Below, piece after piece: positions 27,600-41,700 of a stretch of 64,000 bases of DNA. This DNA comes from a virus, in the IMG/VR virus record IMGVR_UViG_3300009181_004605, positions 5,133 to 69,132 of that record; one strand, 5' to 3'. The notes under the pieces are model-generated. The model saw only the letters and a program-made list of their open reading frames with translations. It was not told the DNA's origin and did no database searches. The translations under genes and the position numbers were made by a program. The stretch's first letter is position 1. Each line of letters begins with the position of its first letter.

Positions 27600-28958
27600 C
27601 TAGTTTATTGTTACGATAGCTTCTACTGTACCACTATCTACATCTAATTTATCAGCTAATGCTCGACCTATCACATTGAATGCTGTGGCTTCTCCGGCAC
27701 GTGCAGCCCGAGCCAGGCCTGCTCCTGCTGACACAAGACGATCGCCTTTGAGAACCTTACCGATCACTTGCACTGGAACACGCCCAGTCATTGCAATCGG
27801 TGGATGTGTTGCGTCTGATCCAGCACCGCTGTTCATAAGATATGCCGCCTGTGTACTGATCACACCAAACACCCGCTCGCTCAATTCTTCCTGTGCTCTT
27901 GTTATTTCTTTTGCACCGCCAAGTTCCATTATGGTACCTGCTAAGTATACATCATCAGCAGCAAATCGCTCTGCAACGTCAGCATATAATGCCGAAGTAG
28001 CTTTTGCAAAGATTGTATTGAAATATGAGCTTGTGCTGCCAATATTGCCTACCGCATTGCTATTAAGATTGGTTAATCCAAGCACACCAATCTGTCCGGT
28101 GGACCCAACAACAGTCAATGCATTTGTTGGCAATCCGCCCAAATTAACACTCATTGACAGATTTCCGTTTGATGTCTGATTAGCAATAGTGACAGCTGTA
28201 CCTGCTACACTTACTGCAAAGTCGCTGTTAGAACCAACTTTTAATCCGGTGTTATTAACAACAGATAATGTGCCGGTGGTAGATGTGTTGGCATCGCTGC
28301 GCATGAATTGTGTGTAACTTAATCCGCCAACGGTGTTGGAATCAGTTGATGTACCTTGGAACAGTGGTATCTGAGTACCAATTAATGTACTAAGTGTTAT
28401 GCCGGGGCGTATAGTAGTATAGCCTGACAATGCTGCTTGTGGTGTAAATGCAGCATCTTTGCTTACGATGCCAACTATTGCATCTGCTACATATAGTTGG
28501 ATAACCACATGGCTTACTGATGTATTATCAGTAATAGTGTTAACGATTGCGCCTGTTGTTCCTGTGCCTGAAGTAAACGCCGGGCCAATTAATAAGAATG
28601 CTGTTCCGGTCCAAACTTTAAGTTGTGCATTTGTTGTGTCATACCAAAGATCGCCTGTGACATTACTAGTAGGTGCGCTGGCGCTGGCAGTTGCTGCAGA
28701 AATAGTTTTAAATGTGCTGCCGTTGTATACTTTTAGTAAACTATTACCGCTATCCCACCACAATTGCCCAGTAAGTGGTGCCGGGGGTGCAGTTGTATTG
28801 GATGCATTTTCCAGTAAATGTATGAAGTTTTCGTCTAGGAATTCACCGTAACCAGCATAGTTTTTGCCCACCAAAGTCATCGAACTGGCGGTGTTGATAG
28901 TACCATCTGCTATTGAAGCAAATATTGCACCATCTGTTAGATTAATTGTATATGCCAT
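27600..28958 (-). CDS. tail fiber/baseplate-associated protein with C-terminal chaperone/peptidase-like domain
   Basis: LVGKNYAGYGE..ENF..LLEN, repeated P..GQLWWD / GDLWYD motifs, C-terminal YADVAERF..GVIS..AYLMN..GRVPV. Confidence 0.7.
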   Translation of the reverse strand: MAYTINLTDGAIFASIADGTINTASSMTLVGKNYAGYGEFLDENFIHLLENASNTTAPPAPLTGQLWWDSGNSLLKVYNGSTFKTISAATASASAPTSNVTGDLWYDTTNAQLKVWTGTAFLLIGPAFTSGTGTTGAIVNTITDNTSVSHVVIQLYVADAIVGIVSKDAAFTPQAALSGYTTIRPGITLSTLIGTQIPLFQGTSTDSNTVGGLSYTQFMRSDANTSTTGTLSVVNNTGLKVGSNSDFAVSVAGTAVTIANQTSNGNLSMSVNLGGLPTNALTVVGSTGQIGVLGLTNLNSNAVGNIGSTSSYFNTIFAKATSALYADVAERFAADDVYLAGTIMELGGAKEITRAQEELSERVFGVISTQAAYLMNSGAGSDATHPPIAMTGRVPVQVIGKVLKGDRLVSAGAGLARAARAGEATAFNVIGRALADKLDVDSGTVEAIVTIN

Positions 28959-29003
28959 TTTTGTTTACCTTATCCTATTGTTTAGAAATACTCATATTCA
29001 TAT

Positions 29004-29609
29004 TTATGCCGCACTTAGATTAGTCAACGTCTGAATCCTCAGCGTATAATCAATCTGTATCTGGCGATTTAAACTCTTTTGTACCGGATGAAAAATAACA
29101 TGGGTAATCAACCGTAGATTTGTTGCTGATCCATTCCACACCTTAAGCCCAAGTTCATCAAATACATATTCACCATTGAAATTTGTGCTATTATCAAACG
29201 CTTGTTGCCCTGGTGGTTCGCCATAGTCTAGCAAGCATGATACTAATATATCTGTATATAACTTACCAGTTGTGTGTAGCACTGTCATTTTATTATTTAA
29301 CGGATCCGTATCAGCTGCTGAATTATCATCAACTACCTTGGCATAAGTTTCATTATACAAATCAGCATTTTGACCGGTTGTATTTGGTGGGAGATAGGTA
29401 ATAACCCCGGTAGGGTCTACTGAACTACCACCATTACCAAATGCCATAAGATAAATGTATCCAAGATCTCTATTGCTCAGAGTTTGTGCCATTGCTACGG
29501 ATATATTTTCGTAGTGGATTGCATTGGTTTTGTCTACAAAAACTTCGCTGGTGATTGGATTGAAAATCTTTACAAATCCTTGTATATGTGCCATTCCTGC
29601 GCTGATCAT
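29004..29609 (-). CDS. virion structural protein (tail/baseplate associated)
   Basis: MAFGNGG, FDELGL, HVIFHPVQKS..IDYTLRI; position in tail operon. Confidence 0.6.
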   Translation of the reverse strand: MISAGMAHIQGFVKIFNPITSEVFVDKTNAIHYENISVAMAQTLSNRDLGYIYLMAFGNGGSSVDPTGVITYLPPNTTGQNADLYNETYAKVVDDNSAADTDPLNNKMTVLHTTGKLYTDILVSCLLDYGEPPGQQAFDNSTNFNGEYVFDELGLKVWNGSATNLRLITHVIFHPVQKSLNRQIQIDYTLRIQTLTNLSAA

Positions 29610-29755
29610 GCTCGTTGCTCCACAAATATTTCCTTAGTTTCTGGGTCAGAAATTCGAACAAACGCTTCAACCGAAATAGAGCCGGTTTCATTTGGGCGTT
29701 TTGGTAACTGCACACCGGGCTTGCTATCTTTAAGATTTTCATTTGTTTGTTTCAT
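29606..29755 (-). CDS. 49-aa small protein MKQTNENLKDSKPGVQLPKRPNETGSISVEAFVRISDPETKEIFVEQRA (absent from ORF track)
   Basis: Read manually; ATG 29755 just after TAAATA motif, TGA overlaps the ATG of the next gene (ATGA). Confidence 0.7.
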   Translation of the reverse strand: MKQTNENLKDSKPGVQLPKRPNETGSISVEAFVRISDPETKEIFVEQRA

Positions 29756-29771
29756 GCTTTATTTACCTGGG

Positions 29772-32700
29772 CTACATACCACGCAAGAACCTTGCAGCCT
29801 GCGTATCGGTGTTCTGCAATGCGACTCCATCACTTGCTGTGTTGATTCCTGGTGCATACCATGTTACTCCTTGACGTATAAGAACAGTAATTTGCACCCC
29901 GTCAGCTGGTGCTGTATCAAACTCTACAGTCACAGGATTATTGCCAATAACCGTATACCCTGTTAATTCTGTCAATAAGATTCCACCTACATATACTTCT
30001 ACTGCTTCATTTATTAACGTGCTGTCATCACCTGCAAGCACTACATTATCTGCGGTAAACAATGTGGTTACACCATCTGCCATAAACTCGTTATAATCTA
30101 TGTAGTTTTGGAATTGTTCAGCTAATAAATTACCACGACCAAGATCATATACTATGGCATCAACTGCATGTGTTGCTGCACCAGTGCCAGCAGTACCACG
30201 ACGTAATCCAGATACGGTATTGGTTACAGTATCTCTTGTGCGATACATAATACGTTCACCGTTGACTGTTAGCACACCCCAAATATTAATAGCAAGGTCT
30301 GGTTCTGCAAGGGCAGCGGCATTTGTTACATACATGATATCATCTGTTGCACCCAGCGTGACTGTCAGTGTTGTGGTTGTGTCTGTTGTGATACGATAGG
30401 TTGCTTGCACCCCACGCATGTCCTGGAATATACGGAATGCCATTGCACCGGGTGCAACGCTGTTGGTGAACAGAGTTACTATCATGACATCAGTTGCATT
30501 TATAACACCAGAATTTATTATTATTTCCCGTCCTGACATAGTAAAACCTGAACCATAAAATAATCGATTACCATTCAGTGTGACCCAAAGTCTGCTGGTG
30601 TCGATGATGTTTCTTTCTAATATGAAATTATTAACATTGATAATTGCTCCTTCTGCATAATCAAACGACCCTGGATCACCGTCCACTGTATCTGGCGAGT
30701 AGACTGTATCATCGTAACCTTCTTGGTACACAACACTTTCGGTTACGGGACCAACAAATACCTGCGTTAATACGTCTTGTTGGCGTGTATCATTCCAGGA
30801 AGTTACAGCTATAATATCTCCATTGATAGGAATCAATCCAGTGGTTGTATTAAATATCAACTGATTGCTGGTTACTATGTATTGAGCATCTGTACTAACT
30901 GTGACCAATACCCGAACACCTATTGTTGGTGAAGTGATAAACTGTATCGCCCTTGGTGATCCACTTAGTGGATCATATGCTTCTACTGTATAAACCACTC
31001 CCTGTGTTTGCAATATATCGTCAAGATATACACGGACTTGATTATCGGCTATTAATCCTGGACTTACTCCAAGACGTTGTGGTAAGGCATAAGCTGTACT
31101 ACCATCTCCGTAATATTCTGCACCGGCGGCACCCCTAGCACGGACACCGTTCAGAGTAACTACTAAATTATCTGGATTGGTGTAGATCATCGCATTGGTA
31201 AGAGTATAAGTTAATACTCCAACTATACCATTGATATATTGTGTTTGTGGTGTGCTCCAACTATAGGCCACAGTAGAAGAATCGATTGTGGTTGCCCCAA
31301 TTGCAGTTAAATTGATATAGTCAGTTGCTGTGTATGTCGTACCGAATCGCACTCGAGTTTGACTGTTTGTTAAATCAGTTAATGTATAATCTGTTGTGTA
31401 CACTCCGTTAACAAACACTGCCAATTCTTGTATAGCCGTATACATCACAGGTACGATAACTGTGTTACCAATCGTCGCACCATTGTATGCATTGCGATAT
31501 AATTGATTGCCGCCGCCAATTCCGTAAACATCCACAGCAATTACATCACCATCGGACGCACCATTTATAATTGTGATGATTTGATCTGGCCAATTTACTG
31601 TATAATCTATTCCAAGTGCCATAGTCACCGAACGAGTTTGGTTGCTAACAACAACTTGTACTGGATATTCTATATGATTGGCAAAGCTTGTAGTGGCGAA
31701 CAGTGGATCAAATGCAAATCTAAATTCGTCTTCGTTAAAGCCATGCCCATTGCGATCCCAATCAGCACCTGGAGTAGTATAGACACGCATATCTAATGTA
31801 TCAAACTCGCTACCAGGCACTAACTCTTCTGGAGCATAGCTGCTAAACACGTCAATATATTCGCCGCCGGCTATAATAACATCTGTTGCTCGTATACCAA
31901 GATATGGATCAACAAATGAACTTTCGTATATGGCGTCAAGAATAGCAGGATCATATGAGGGCTTGCCTTCTGGGCCATACGATAAATTATCAAATGGATT
32001 GATATCATAGTTACCAACATCAAATCCTGAATTTTGATCGTAGTTTACCCCTTTGACCTGAAGTCCCGGATACTCAACACCATCAATTAATAATGGCAAA
32101 CTAAGTCCAGGTTGATTTACAGTTGGTGTATATAGACCCATGGTACGATCAACACCACTTAATGTTTCGGGATCGACCAATAACCATTGATCTGTATTAA
32201 ATGTGGTAGATGAGTTTGTTATTTGTGCGTTTGTATTAGCATAAAATCCACCAAGACCCAATGTTATTAATGTTATTCCAAATGCCGTTATTCCTTTAAT
32301 ATTAACATTAAATCCAGCTGTAGCAATAGGTGTGCCTATACCGAGCCCTAGATTTATAATACCACCGGTACTGTGTGTAAACACTATAGCACCTGTGTTG
32401 TTGATACTTGCACTTACGTAAGGTACCGCAGCAGCAGTTACAGCAGCCACAAAGGCAGCGGCTGTTGTGCCTAATAATGTTGCTGTAACAGCAGTAGTTG
32501 CATTTGGTGTTCCTGGAGCAGATGCACTAATAGTGAATGTATTACCAATAACAAATGGTCCTGGTGTATTATCGTCACCAGTTATAACAGTTGCCCCAGC
32601 AAGGAATCTGTCAAACGGCGTATATCCAAGTGCAACAGTCGAATCGGCTCTTGCATACGTGGTACCCACTGTGATGTTAATTCCGCCGCCAACTGGGTCA

Positions 32701-35700
32701 AGTGCATAAAGTGCATTAAATCCAGTTTGATATATTACTATTGGGAAGTTAGCCGACCAAACTTGATCAGCATATCTAACATACGCGCCATTTACATATT
32801 GTGTGTTTGGTTTCCATTCTACAATAGTAGAAACATATTGATATCTGTCATATTTGATAGTGGTAGATATCGATCTTATAAGATCATTTCCCATCACCAC
32901 CACTGCACTTGCTCCGGTGCCATTTCCACCATCAAATGTTATTGTGGCGGTGGTAGAGTATCCTGCACCTGCATCGTTGATTATAACACCAACGACTTTC
33001 CCGGCACTATTTATAACAGAGGTCATAATTGCCGGGGTAATGCAGGTACCTGTTACTGTTATTACTGGTGGTTCTGTATATCCTGATCCACCATTGACAA
33101 TGTTAACATATTGGATACTTAATAGATAGTTGTTGTACCAATTAGTCCAAGGCCATTTAGCCCATATCGTATTATCCGCTGCGGTATCGCTAACGATATT
33201 TGCGCCGGCACTCACTGCTGTACTGGTAGTATACGGCAGCAATACTGGACTTACGTATTGTGGTATTTCAAGATCTATATTATAGAATGCAGGATTATCA
33301 AAATCCGCTAAATCACCCGGATATACATCTTGACCATTATATGCCAAATGCAATTCTCGTATTTGGGTATGATATGGTTTAACTTCTTGTATATAATCTA
33401 CAACAAATTCTTGATTGTCTCTGCTATAAAGTTGATATGGAATCAGTTCACGTATGCGATGCTCTACATCGATTAAACTGGTTTTAACTAGCCACTCTGG
33501 TGCGGTTGATTCACTCAAAATATAATTAAACATAAGAACTAATACGCGATTACGTTCTATAGCCAGATCATCAATTAACAACTCTTGATTAATGGCCTGG
33601 ATTATCTTACGTGTTTCGATCACTGGTTCTTTATCAAAATATTGTGCATCAAATACTTCAATATCAAAGCCAAATCTACCAATGGAATAGTCCCATAATT
33701 CAGCAGAGAATGCGATGGTACCATCTTCGAGTCCGACACGATCCCAACCAATTAGTGTGCGAAGATAAATTTCGAATTTGCCTTGTGCGTTGGACGTAAC
33801 TTTGACGCTGCTACCGACCGACACAGATATTGTATCCAGTGCTGTGTATGTTGCCACTTGTGCAACTGGCTTTATGCTGCTATTATATCCGGGCAAGTAC
33901 CAATCGATGTAGTTCCAATAGTTGCGAGTATCGTATGTTTGTACTCGCAGCAATTGTGTAGATTTTTCTCCAGTGGCAGCATTGGTTATGATAACGGTGT
34001 ATATTGTCCAAAGACCGTTATTGCTGCTATCCGACACGATAAGATAGTTGTAGCCAACAGGCACTAGTTTTAAATTCTGATAACTAAGTTCTTCGAGATT
34101 AGCCAACCGTTTGTTCCATGCACCACTTGCTGAATTTGGCTCTGGCTCACTACTATTCAACAATGTAAATGTACGAGATTCCGACATTGGATATTGTTTT
34201 ATTATAGCATTTACTCTGGTGAGATAGTTTTGTAATGCCATGTATCTGTTTACAAACATTGTCTGTCTTGGTCGGAATTGTACACCAATTTTTTCATCGT
34301 CTGAAAGATTTGGATCAGGTACTTTTGCGCCGGTGGAATTCACACCACAAAAACTGTCTTGTAACTTGCGATATAATCCACTGCTAATAAAGCTATCAGA
34401 TTTTCCATCAGTTACTAATTCATATTCAACATGGATATTATCAGAATTGAGTTCCTTATCATATTCTATATGTAATATAGTATCTTGTGCTGAAATAAAT
34501 TCTAATCCATTATAAATCGCAACCGTGCTCGCATCAAGTGCAGCAATATATGGTATGCCACTACTTTTTGGATTTTCTATGTAACGTGCGATGCCAACAG
34601 TGCTAAGTGTTTTTCCAGCTGCGGAATTAATAGTGTCGATGCCGGTAACCCAGAAATAATAATTAGTGGCAATTATTCCATCAGACCCCAGTCTAGATAG
34701 TACAGTATATCTAGTCGTTGATAATGGTGTGCCTATGCCAGCATATTGATTTGGTGGTGTACTACTTGCTACCCATTGGTAAATCTCGATTCGACTGCCA
34801 GGAAATAACTGGCCCCATCTACGACTGGCATACACAATATCATCCTGGTTAGGATCGATAAATCTTGCTGAATTAGTATCCCACCATATTTGTCCGACAC
34901 GCTCCTGTGCCCAATAATTTCCATTGTTATTTACCGGACCGGTATTATATTTTGCAGGATCTACTGCACCAAGAAAATCAATATTCTGACGGGCAGCACC
35001 AAGTATCTTTCCTTGTAGTGGATTGAAGAAATCAAAATATTGAGTCTTAGCCGACAATAATCTATCATACATATAAACGGAATCTAATAGCTGAACATCA
35101 ACCACCGGTTGCTGCGTATGTATAACTGCCCAGGCTGGTGTTTCTGTAGTATTGTCAAATATACCCACACGACCATAATTGGCTGTGCTATCGTCTATGT
35201 TATCATACCCCGGTGATCCCACAAGTAGGCGACCACTTGTATAATTAAGTGAGAACCCCCATTGATCTAATTCTTTAAGTTCGCTGTCATATATCTGTTG
35301 TCCAAATACTAAATTTCCTGGATTAGAAATTGACGGTGTGGCACTTGGCAGATAGTCAAATGTATAAACTGCTCCACTCTGTACAATTACACTAAAGAAG
35401 CTTGTGCTGTTATCATCAAAATAAGTAGTACCTTGGTCGAATGTCAATTGCGTATATACATTTCCGCCTGGCGCACCAACTACGAGATTTACCGCACTGC
35501 TGTCAATGAATACTGCGCCGCCGAATCCAGCAAAATAGTCTATTCGCGGGCTTAGTATTGTCTGTGCATACGTGTATGCTTCAAATCCAAGATTAGCAAA
35601 TGCTGTACCGGTGGTGCCTGGTAGAACACTGAGTTTGTTAAATTCGTCGGCCGCTTTATTATCAACCACTGATATAGTTAACAATCCTGCAGAAACAGAT

Positions 35701-38700
35701 GCTATTACATTTGGAATACTTGCTGCATTTATAGCAGCAGCCAATCCAGCAACATTCTGATTTGGTGAATTAGGTACGGCGACTGCGGTATTATTAATAC
35801 GTATAGTGTCACCGTTGTCCAGCGCCGGGTTAGCAATAGTAGAAGTTATAACTCCGAACAATCTTGCTTGATTTATATGGCGTTCAACAGAGCCGGCACC
35901 TGGCAGTATAGAACTATCCCCGGGCGCACCCACATAAATGCTACAATTTCTATGACATACATCAGTTGCAGCACCAAACAATGCGCCAGCAGCTGGTGTA
36001 TTTGCCGGTATCTTTTGTATTAATGTAAATATGTTGCTTTCAATTTCTAATATATCACCAACAGCGAGTGTGACAGATTCAGAAATCACAATATCAGTAC
36101 CTACAACAGCAAACTGACCATTCATAATTTGCGCATCGTTTGTAAGGAATTGATTGTTTAATAGTACGGCCACGGGATTCACAAAGTTAGCCGGCATTGC
36201 GTAGGTAAGCTGTGTTGTAGTATTAATAATATATCGTGACACGCTACGATCTATGGCATAGACAGATCCTGCAGATGTTGTTGCATCTACTGTATCATTA
36301 GAACAACCAATAATTACTTGTCGACCATCTGTGGTTGTTGATACACTTGATCCAAATCTTGCATTGGCTGGCAATCCAGCAATTGATATTGACTCAATCC
36401 ATTCAAAATAACTGCGGGCGGACACTATAATAATTGCGCCGGCGGCCGGCACTGTGACAAATACAATTTCCATCGCGTATAGTGCGCTATCACTATTAAA
36501 GTCATAATCTATGTGTGGACGTTGTAGAACACCATTTACCGTGACTGTAAATGAATAGATATTTGTAGCAGTATATAGGTATGGATCTATTGCAAATATT
36601 GTTGTATTGCTGACTCCGCTACCAGACTTAGTAAATCCGGTTATGCTACCACCAGCACCGATTGAGGTAACTGTTAACGTTATGTCATTGGCAGGGCTCG
36701 TACCACCATCTACTGTGGCAGCCAGTATTGTTATGGTATTTGCCACTGCATAATTAGTTCCACCTGCAGTTATAGATACACTGTACACTCCGCGTGTGCG
36801 ATCAATAGTAAATTCGGCGCCGGTTCCTACTCCGGATGTAGAATTTTGTAAAACATTATAATAACTTCCCTGGTCTAATTGATATCCCGAACGTCGGTGT
36901 ATTATAATTGGTAATCCAGCTGCTGGCGCTGAATTAAAGATTACATCAGTATCACTTACTGAATAATCAACATTTAATATTTGTAGCGTATTATTAACTA
37001 CTACACTTAGCTGTTCATCATTGCTAATTTCAATTGTGTCTGCGTAATTATAAAATGAAGTATATCCAGTGCTGGTATAAATTACCGTTTGATTGTCATC
37101 AACGTCAACCCTGCCATAAGCATATACTGTATTTGCCTCCGGTGCACTAATATACATCCATCGTTCATTCAGACTCATTGCTACAGCATATCCAAATTCT
37201 GTTGGTCCAAAGTTTTGATCGGGTGCAGTCAACAACTGTAACTGTTCAAAAACATTACTGGCCGCATTGCGGTAAATTACTGCTGCATATCCTTGATTAT
37301 TATTGCTTGCACTTGCACCAGCAATACTCCAAGTGTTGGTTCCGGTATCAACGGCATTGCCATATCCTTTAGTTCCAGTTGCTCCTAATGTTAATAAAGT
37401 ATTTTCAGCATAATTACCTAGATTGTCTGTGAGATATGTGTAAATTGCACCAGTATTATTATACCCCGACATTCCAATTAGAGCTGCTGTATGGTTAACC
37501 GATTGTGTTACAGCAGATCCAAATTTGGTTCCGGTTGGTAAATCTGCTGGTTGCAATGATGCTCGTGTATCAAATGGTTGTTGTTTCTCTAACACTTCCC
37601 AATGTCCAAACCCGTTGTTATCTACCCAGGCTCGCGCACCAGGAAGTAAATCAGTTGAATACGGTAAATTTGCAACATCGCTTGCCTGTGCCACCCGTTG
37701 AGTCTGAAGGAAATATGCAAGTCCTTGCCCTGTTATGGTAACTGTTGCTTGCAAATCAATAACAACAGACCCGATTGCTGGCACCGCCAATACTCGATAA
37801 ACACCATTTGCTGTACTATCAACAAACTTTAAAATTATTATATCATTGACTGCAAGCTGAGGATCTTTTGTAAAGATCACTGTGCTAGTTCCGTTAAGAT
37901 TATTACTAATTTCAGCAACAAAGCCCGGCACAGCAACACATCGATATATATTCCAATCATAATCATTACTCTTCGCTGCCCACACTGTGGTGCCAACACC
38001 AATAGTACTAATAACTCCGGGTGCTAATCCAAGTTGTCCTTGAATAGAAAAAACTGTAATATCTACGTCATCAATGTTAACATAGCCAGCTGATGGTAAT
38101 GCTATATCGGTTGGCACAGTAAATGTAGTGGGCAGGAAATTTGGAGATGTAAGTTTATAACTTTCTCTCCATACCTCATTTAGCAATATTGATTGATCTG
38201 CGATAGTTGCTTCGCCAGGATTAATTAATTGTACTAGAGATGGGTCAGAGCGAAGCATTGCTTCATTAAGTCTAAATTCAACAAAACTTTGATTAGCATT
38301 GGCGCCATATACTGCCCGCTGTATTGCCCAGTTTTCCCAAACATCATACTCTGCTACTTCTTTAGCAAGTTGTGCATTAGCGAACAGATCTATACTGAGT
38401 TTTGTACCTTTGCTTTTTAAGAATTGCTGATACACGTTAACTTGACTTACATCGTCGAGATTTAACGAAGTCATATATGTTCTTGGCTTAAATCCGATCA
38501 AGCCATAGCTTAATAAATCATTATCTAATTCTAAATTAGCAGCGTTAACATTATAACTATTAGCCAATTGATTAGCTTTATTTGGAATATTAGCAAGTAA
38601 TCCACGTTGTATCTTAGTATAATCGCTCTTGACCCAGTCACTAAATTTAAAAATAGCACTGGGTTGTACAATACCTTGTGCTGACCAATAATTATTTTTG

Positions 38701-41700
38701 TATATAACAATTTCGCCTTTGGCATACTTTCTAATAGGTTGCCACTCAGTAACAGTAGTATCGTTGTTTAATATAAATCCTTGTGCATCTAGCTGACCGT
38801 TCCAATCAGCACTAACTGTTGCAACTACATTTATTCTACCTTGTCTTGCGCCTGTTACTGGAGCATATATCAAGTCGTTGAATATACTTACATTGTCTAA
38901 TACCACCATGCTTTCGTAACTAACAAATTTTAAATCAAGATATGAAATTGTCTGTGAAGATGCTGTAGAAACAGTGAACGTATTTTCATCTCTAATCACA
39001 ATAAGATCACGAGCAGGTACGGTAGTTCTATTTTGATCAAGCACAAGATTTTCTTGTGTCATTAACACTATACTATCAACAATAGCTTGTGATTTTATTG
39101 CGGTTAGCGCACCTGCTGCTGGATTAAGACCTATAATACTTCCGTCACTCCATCCTTGATTGGCCCAGTAGAGAAATTCTTGTGCCATTTGATTCCAATC
39201 AAGTGTACGACCATTTTCAACGCCATCAAACAACAATCCTTGTTTTGATAACAATGCACCATAACTTAATAGGAAATCTACAACCATCGTGGCATTTGCC
39301 AATACATATCCGTATGGAACCTGTGTGACAACATCGCTATATTGTGTCGGTACGGTAACAGATTCTCCGCCGGTACTTATTGTAGTCTTCAGGCCACCCG
39401 GACGACTGGTAAGAATCTCAAAATAAGGATTAGTTATGCTATAACCTAGTACTCTATATCCATCACCAGCATTTTGTATAATAACCGCACTGTAAATTAT
39501 ACGCTCAAATGGTTGATTCTTGTATAATAATAAATTATAACTTTCATCTGGTAGCAATAGACTACTATTTTGACTATTGGGGCTGGATTTTTCTGTATAT
39601 ATTTTGAGATATTGTTTGTCTGTAAATGTGCCCATGCGATAACATAATCTTACATCTAAGCTGGCTAAGTCGGCTGCTAATTTTGCAGAGCTATCGCGGC
39701 CCGATACTTGATTATAATCAACTATCCAATCAATGTAGCTGGCCTTGCTAACTCCACTACCATATACTTGAATACCATTGGCATCAAGACGATAACGATC
39801 GTTGTAAAGATATTGATTATAATCTAAATTATATTTGTAAAGATCTCGGTCAGCAAATAGACTGAAGAATTCTGCTGGTCGAGTTAGCGCCAATAAGCGC
39901 ATGATTGCAAATGGATAGCTACTGCTCTTAATCCAGCTGGCCTCGACTGGGCCACCATCACCAAATACCCAACTTTTACGAAATTGTGAAGACTCATACA
40001 TACCAACTACGCTGTCAAACGGACTTAGTAGCTGCCCTTCTGTGCCGGTTGGTATGACTTCGGTTAATCGGGGTCTTGCATACTGTGGTAAAATATATTC
40101 GCCGGCAGGGTCGGCAACAAGACCAAGTGCTAGATCATCCCATAACACCAAGTTATCTTGTGTGTATGGTCCCGGACCATATACATCTATCCACCAGCCT
40201 GGTATCTGACTAAAACCTAGCATCTGCCACGGGGTACGTTGCGGACTGTCTGTATCGTAGAAATAATTATAGATGCCGCGCCAAGCACCCAATAATGGTG
40301 TTTCTCCAATACTTGTGTCGCCAGTTAAACGATTGCCAGCTGCACTATAATTCCAAGTAAATTCATTACTGGCGATATAATTCTGTGTAGAATAATTTAA
40401 TTTATTCCAGCCTATCCAACTTAGAAAATCTGTTGATAATATCTCGTTTATTTCTGACAATGAATAGTCTGTGGTACGAAACTGTCCAGGTATGACTTCT
40501 GTCGCAGGCAATGGTATGGCGGAACGAATTTTAAGATTATTAAATATACGGGTTTCAAACTCTAATAAAATCTGATCTCGTATATCACTAAATGCAACTG
40601 TGATACTGCCATCATGGCCGCGGATAACTACCGTGGGATTTACATAGGTATCATCTACAAAAATTTCTGGCTTATATGCAGGATATAAGCCTAACTTGGT
40701 AGGAGTATTAGGTACGTAATTACCATAAGTTGCTGCATATTCTTGTATGGTAATTACATCTCCAACTACTAGCGGAATAGTGATTGTAAGTCGCGGTCCA
40801 TCTGTAGACACGATATAATCATAATTTAATGCTAACAATACGTCATTTACATACACCAACAACCCTTGATAGTTTGATGCGGTAAAATCATAAGTTGTTG
40901 TTAGATCAAATACTGGTGTTGATATTGCGGTATATGTCGTAACCGTTTGGGTATTGGTCGACCCAACAGGCAACATGTCACTCCAATAAAATGAATTTAA
41001 ATTTGATTTACCATCATTTATATCTGAAAATGCAGAGGTTAAAATACCAGCCACTGTCTCATCGCTATAATCGTTACGGATCACATTATCTAATAATTGA
41101 TTTTTAAATTTAATGTATTCTCTACTGTTGAAATCAAGTGCAGCAAAGATATTGTATTCTTTGCTACGCATAAAATAGCCAGCCATTGTCATCGGCGCAC
41201 TTTGTTGCAGGATATTCATACCGTACGGTATGATGTCGCCGAGGTCACGTGTGTTGTTTGCTCCGTTAATTGGACCGGAGATAGCTAATAGATTCTCCCC
41301 TATGGTTTCGTAGTGAGCGCGGATAGTGCCAAGACTAAGCACTGGACTATTTTGATTTAATGGATTATTTTCAAGATTAACTGGTACTTGATAGAATCCT
41401 ACACCGCTTGTCTGGTCACTTATTGCTGCTACTTCTATGATATCGCCGGGCACATAGATATCTAATAATGTTATAGTTGTAACAGTATTGGTACGTGCAA
41501 CTGTATATCGGCTAGGATTTACAAATACCGATCCGGCATATAATTGTATGGCCGGAACACTGGTGTTATCATTCGTTCTAATATCCAGTCGCAACGGGCC
41601 ACCATCATAGCTAAATCTAAACTGTTGACGTATCTTACTTTTTTCTATAGCAGGTTGCCAACCAATCTCTTTAATAAATGATATACGATTACTGTATTGT

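Noticed and set aside
29470-29742. 90-aa minus-strand ORF from the track
   Set aside because: Overlaps the 29004-29609 gene out of frame; the 49-aa ORF 29606-29755 fits promoter motif and ATGA coupling better
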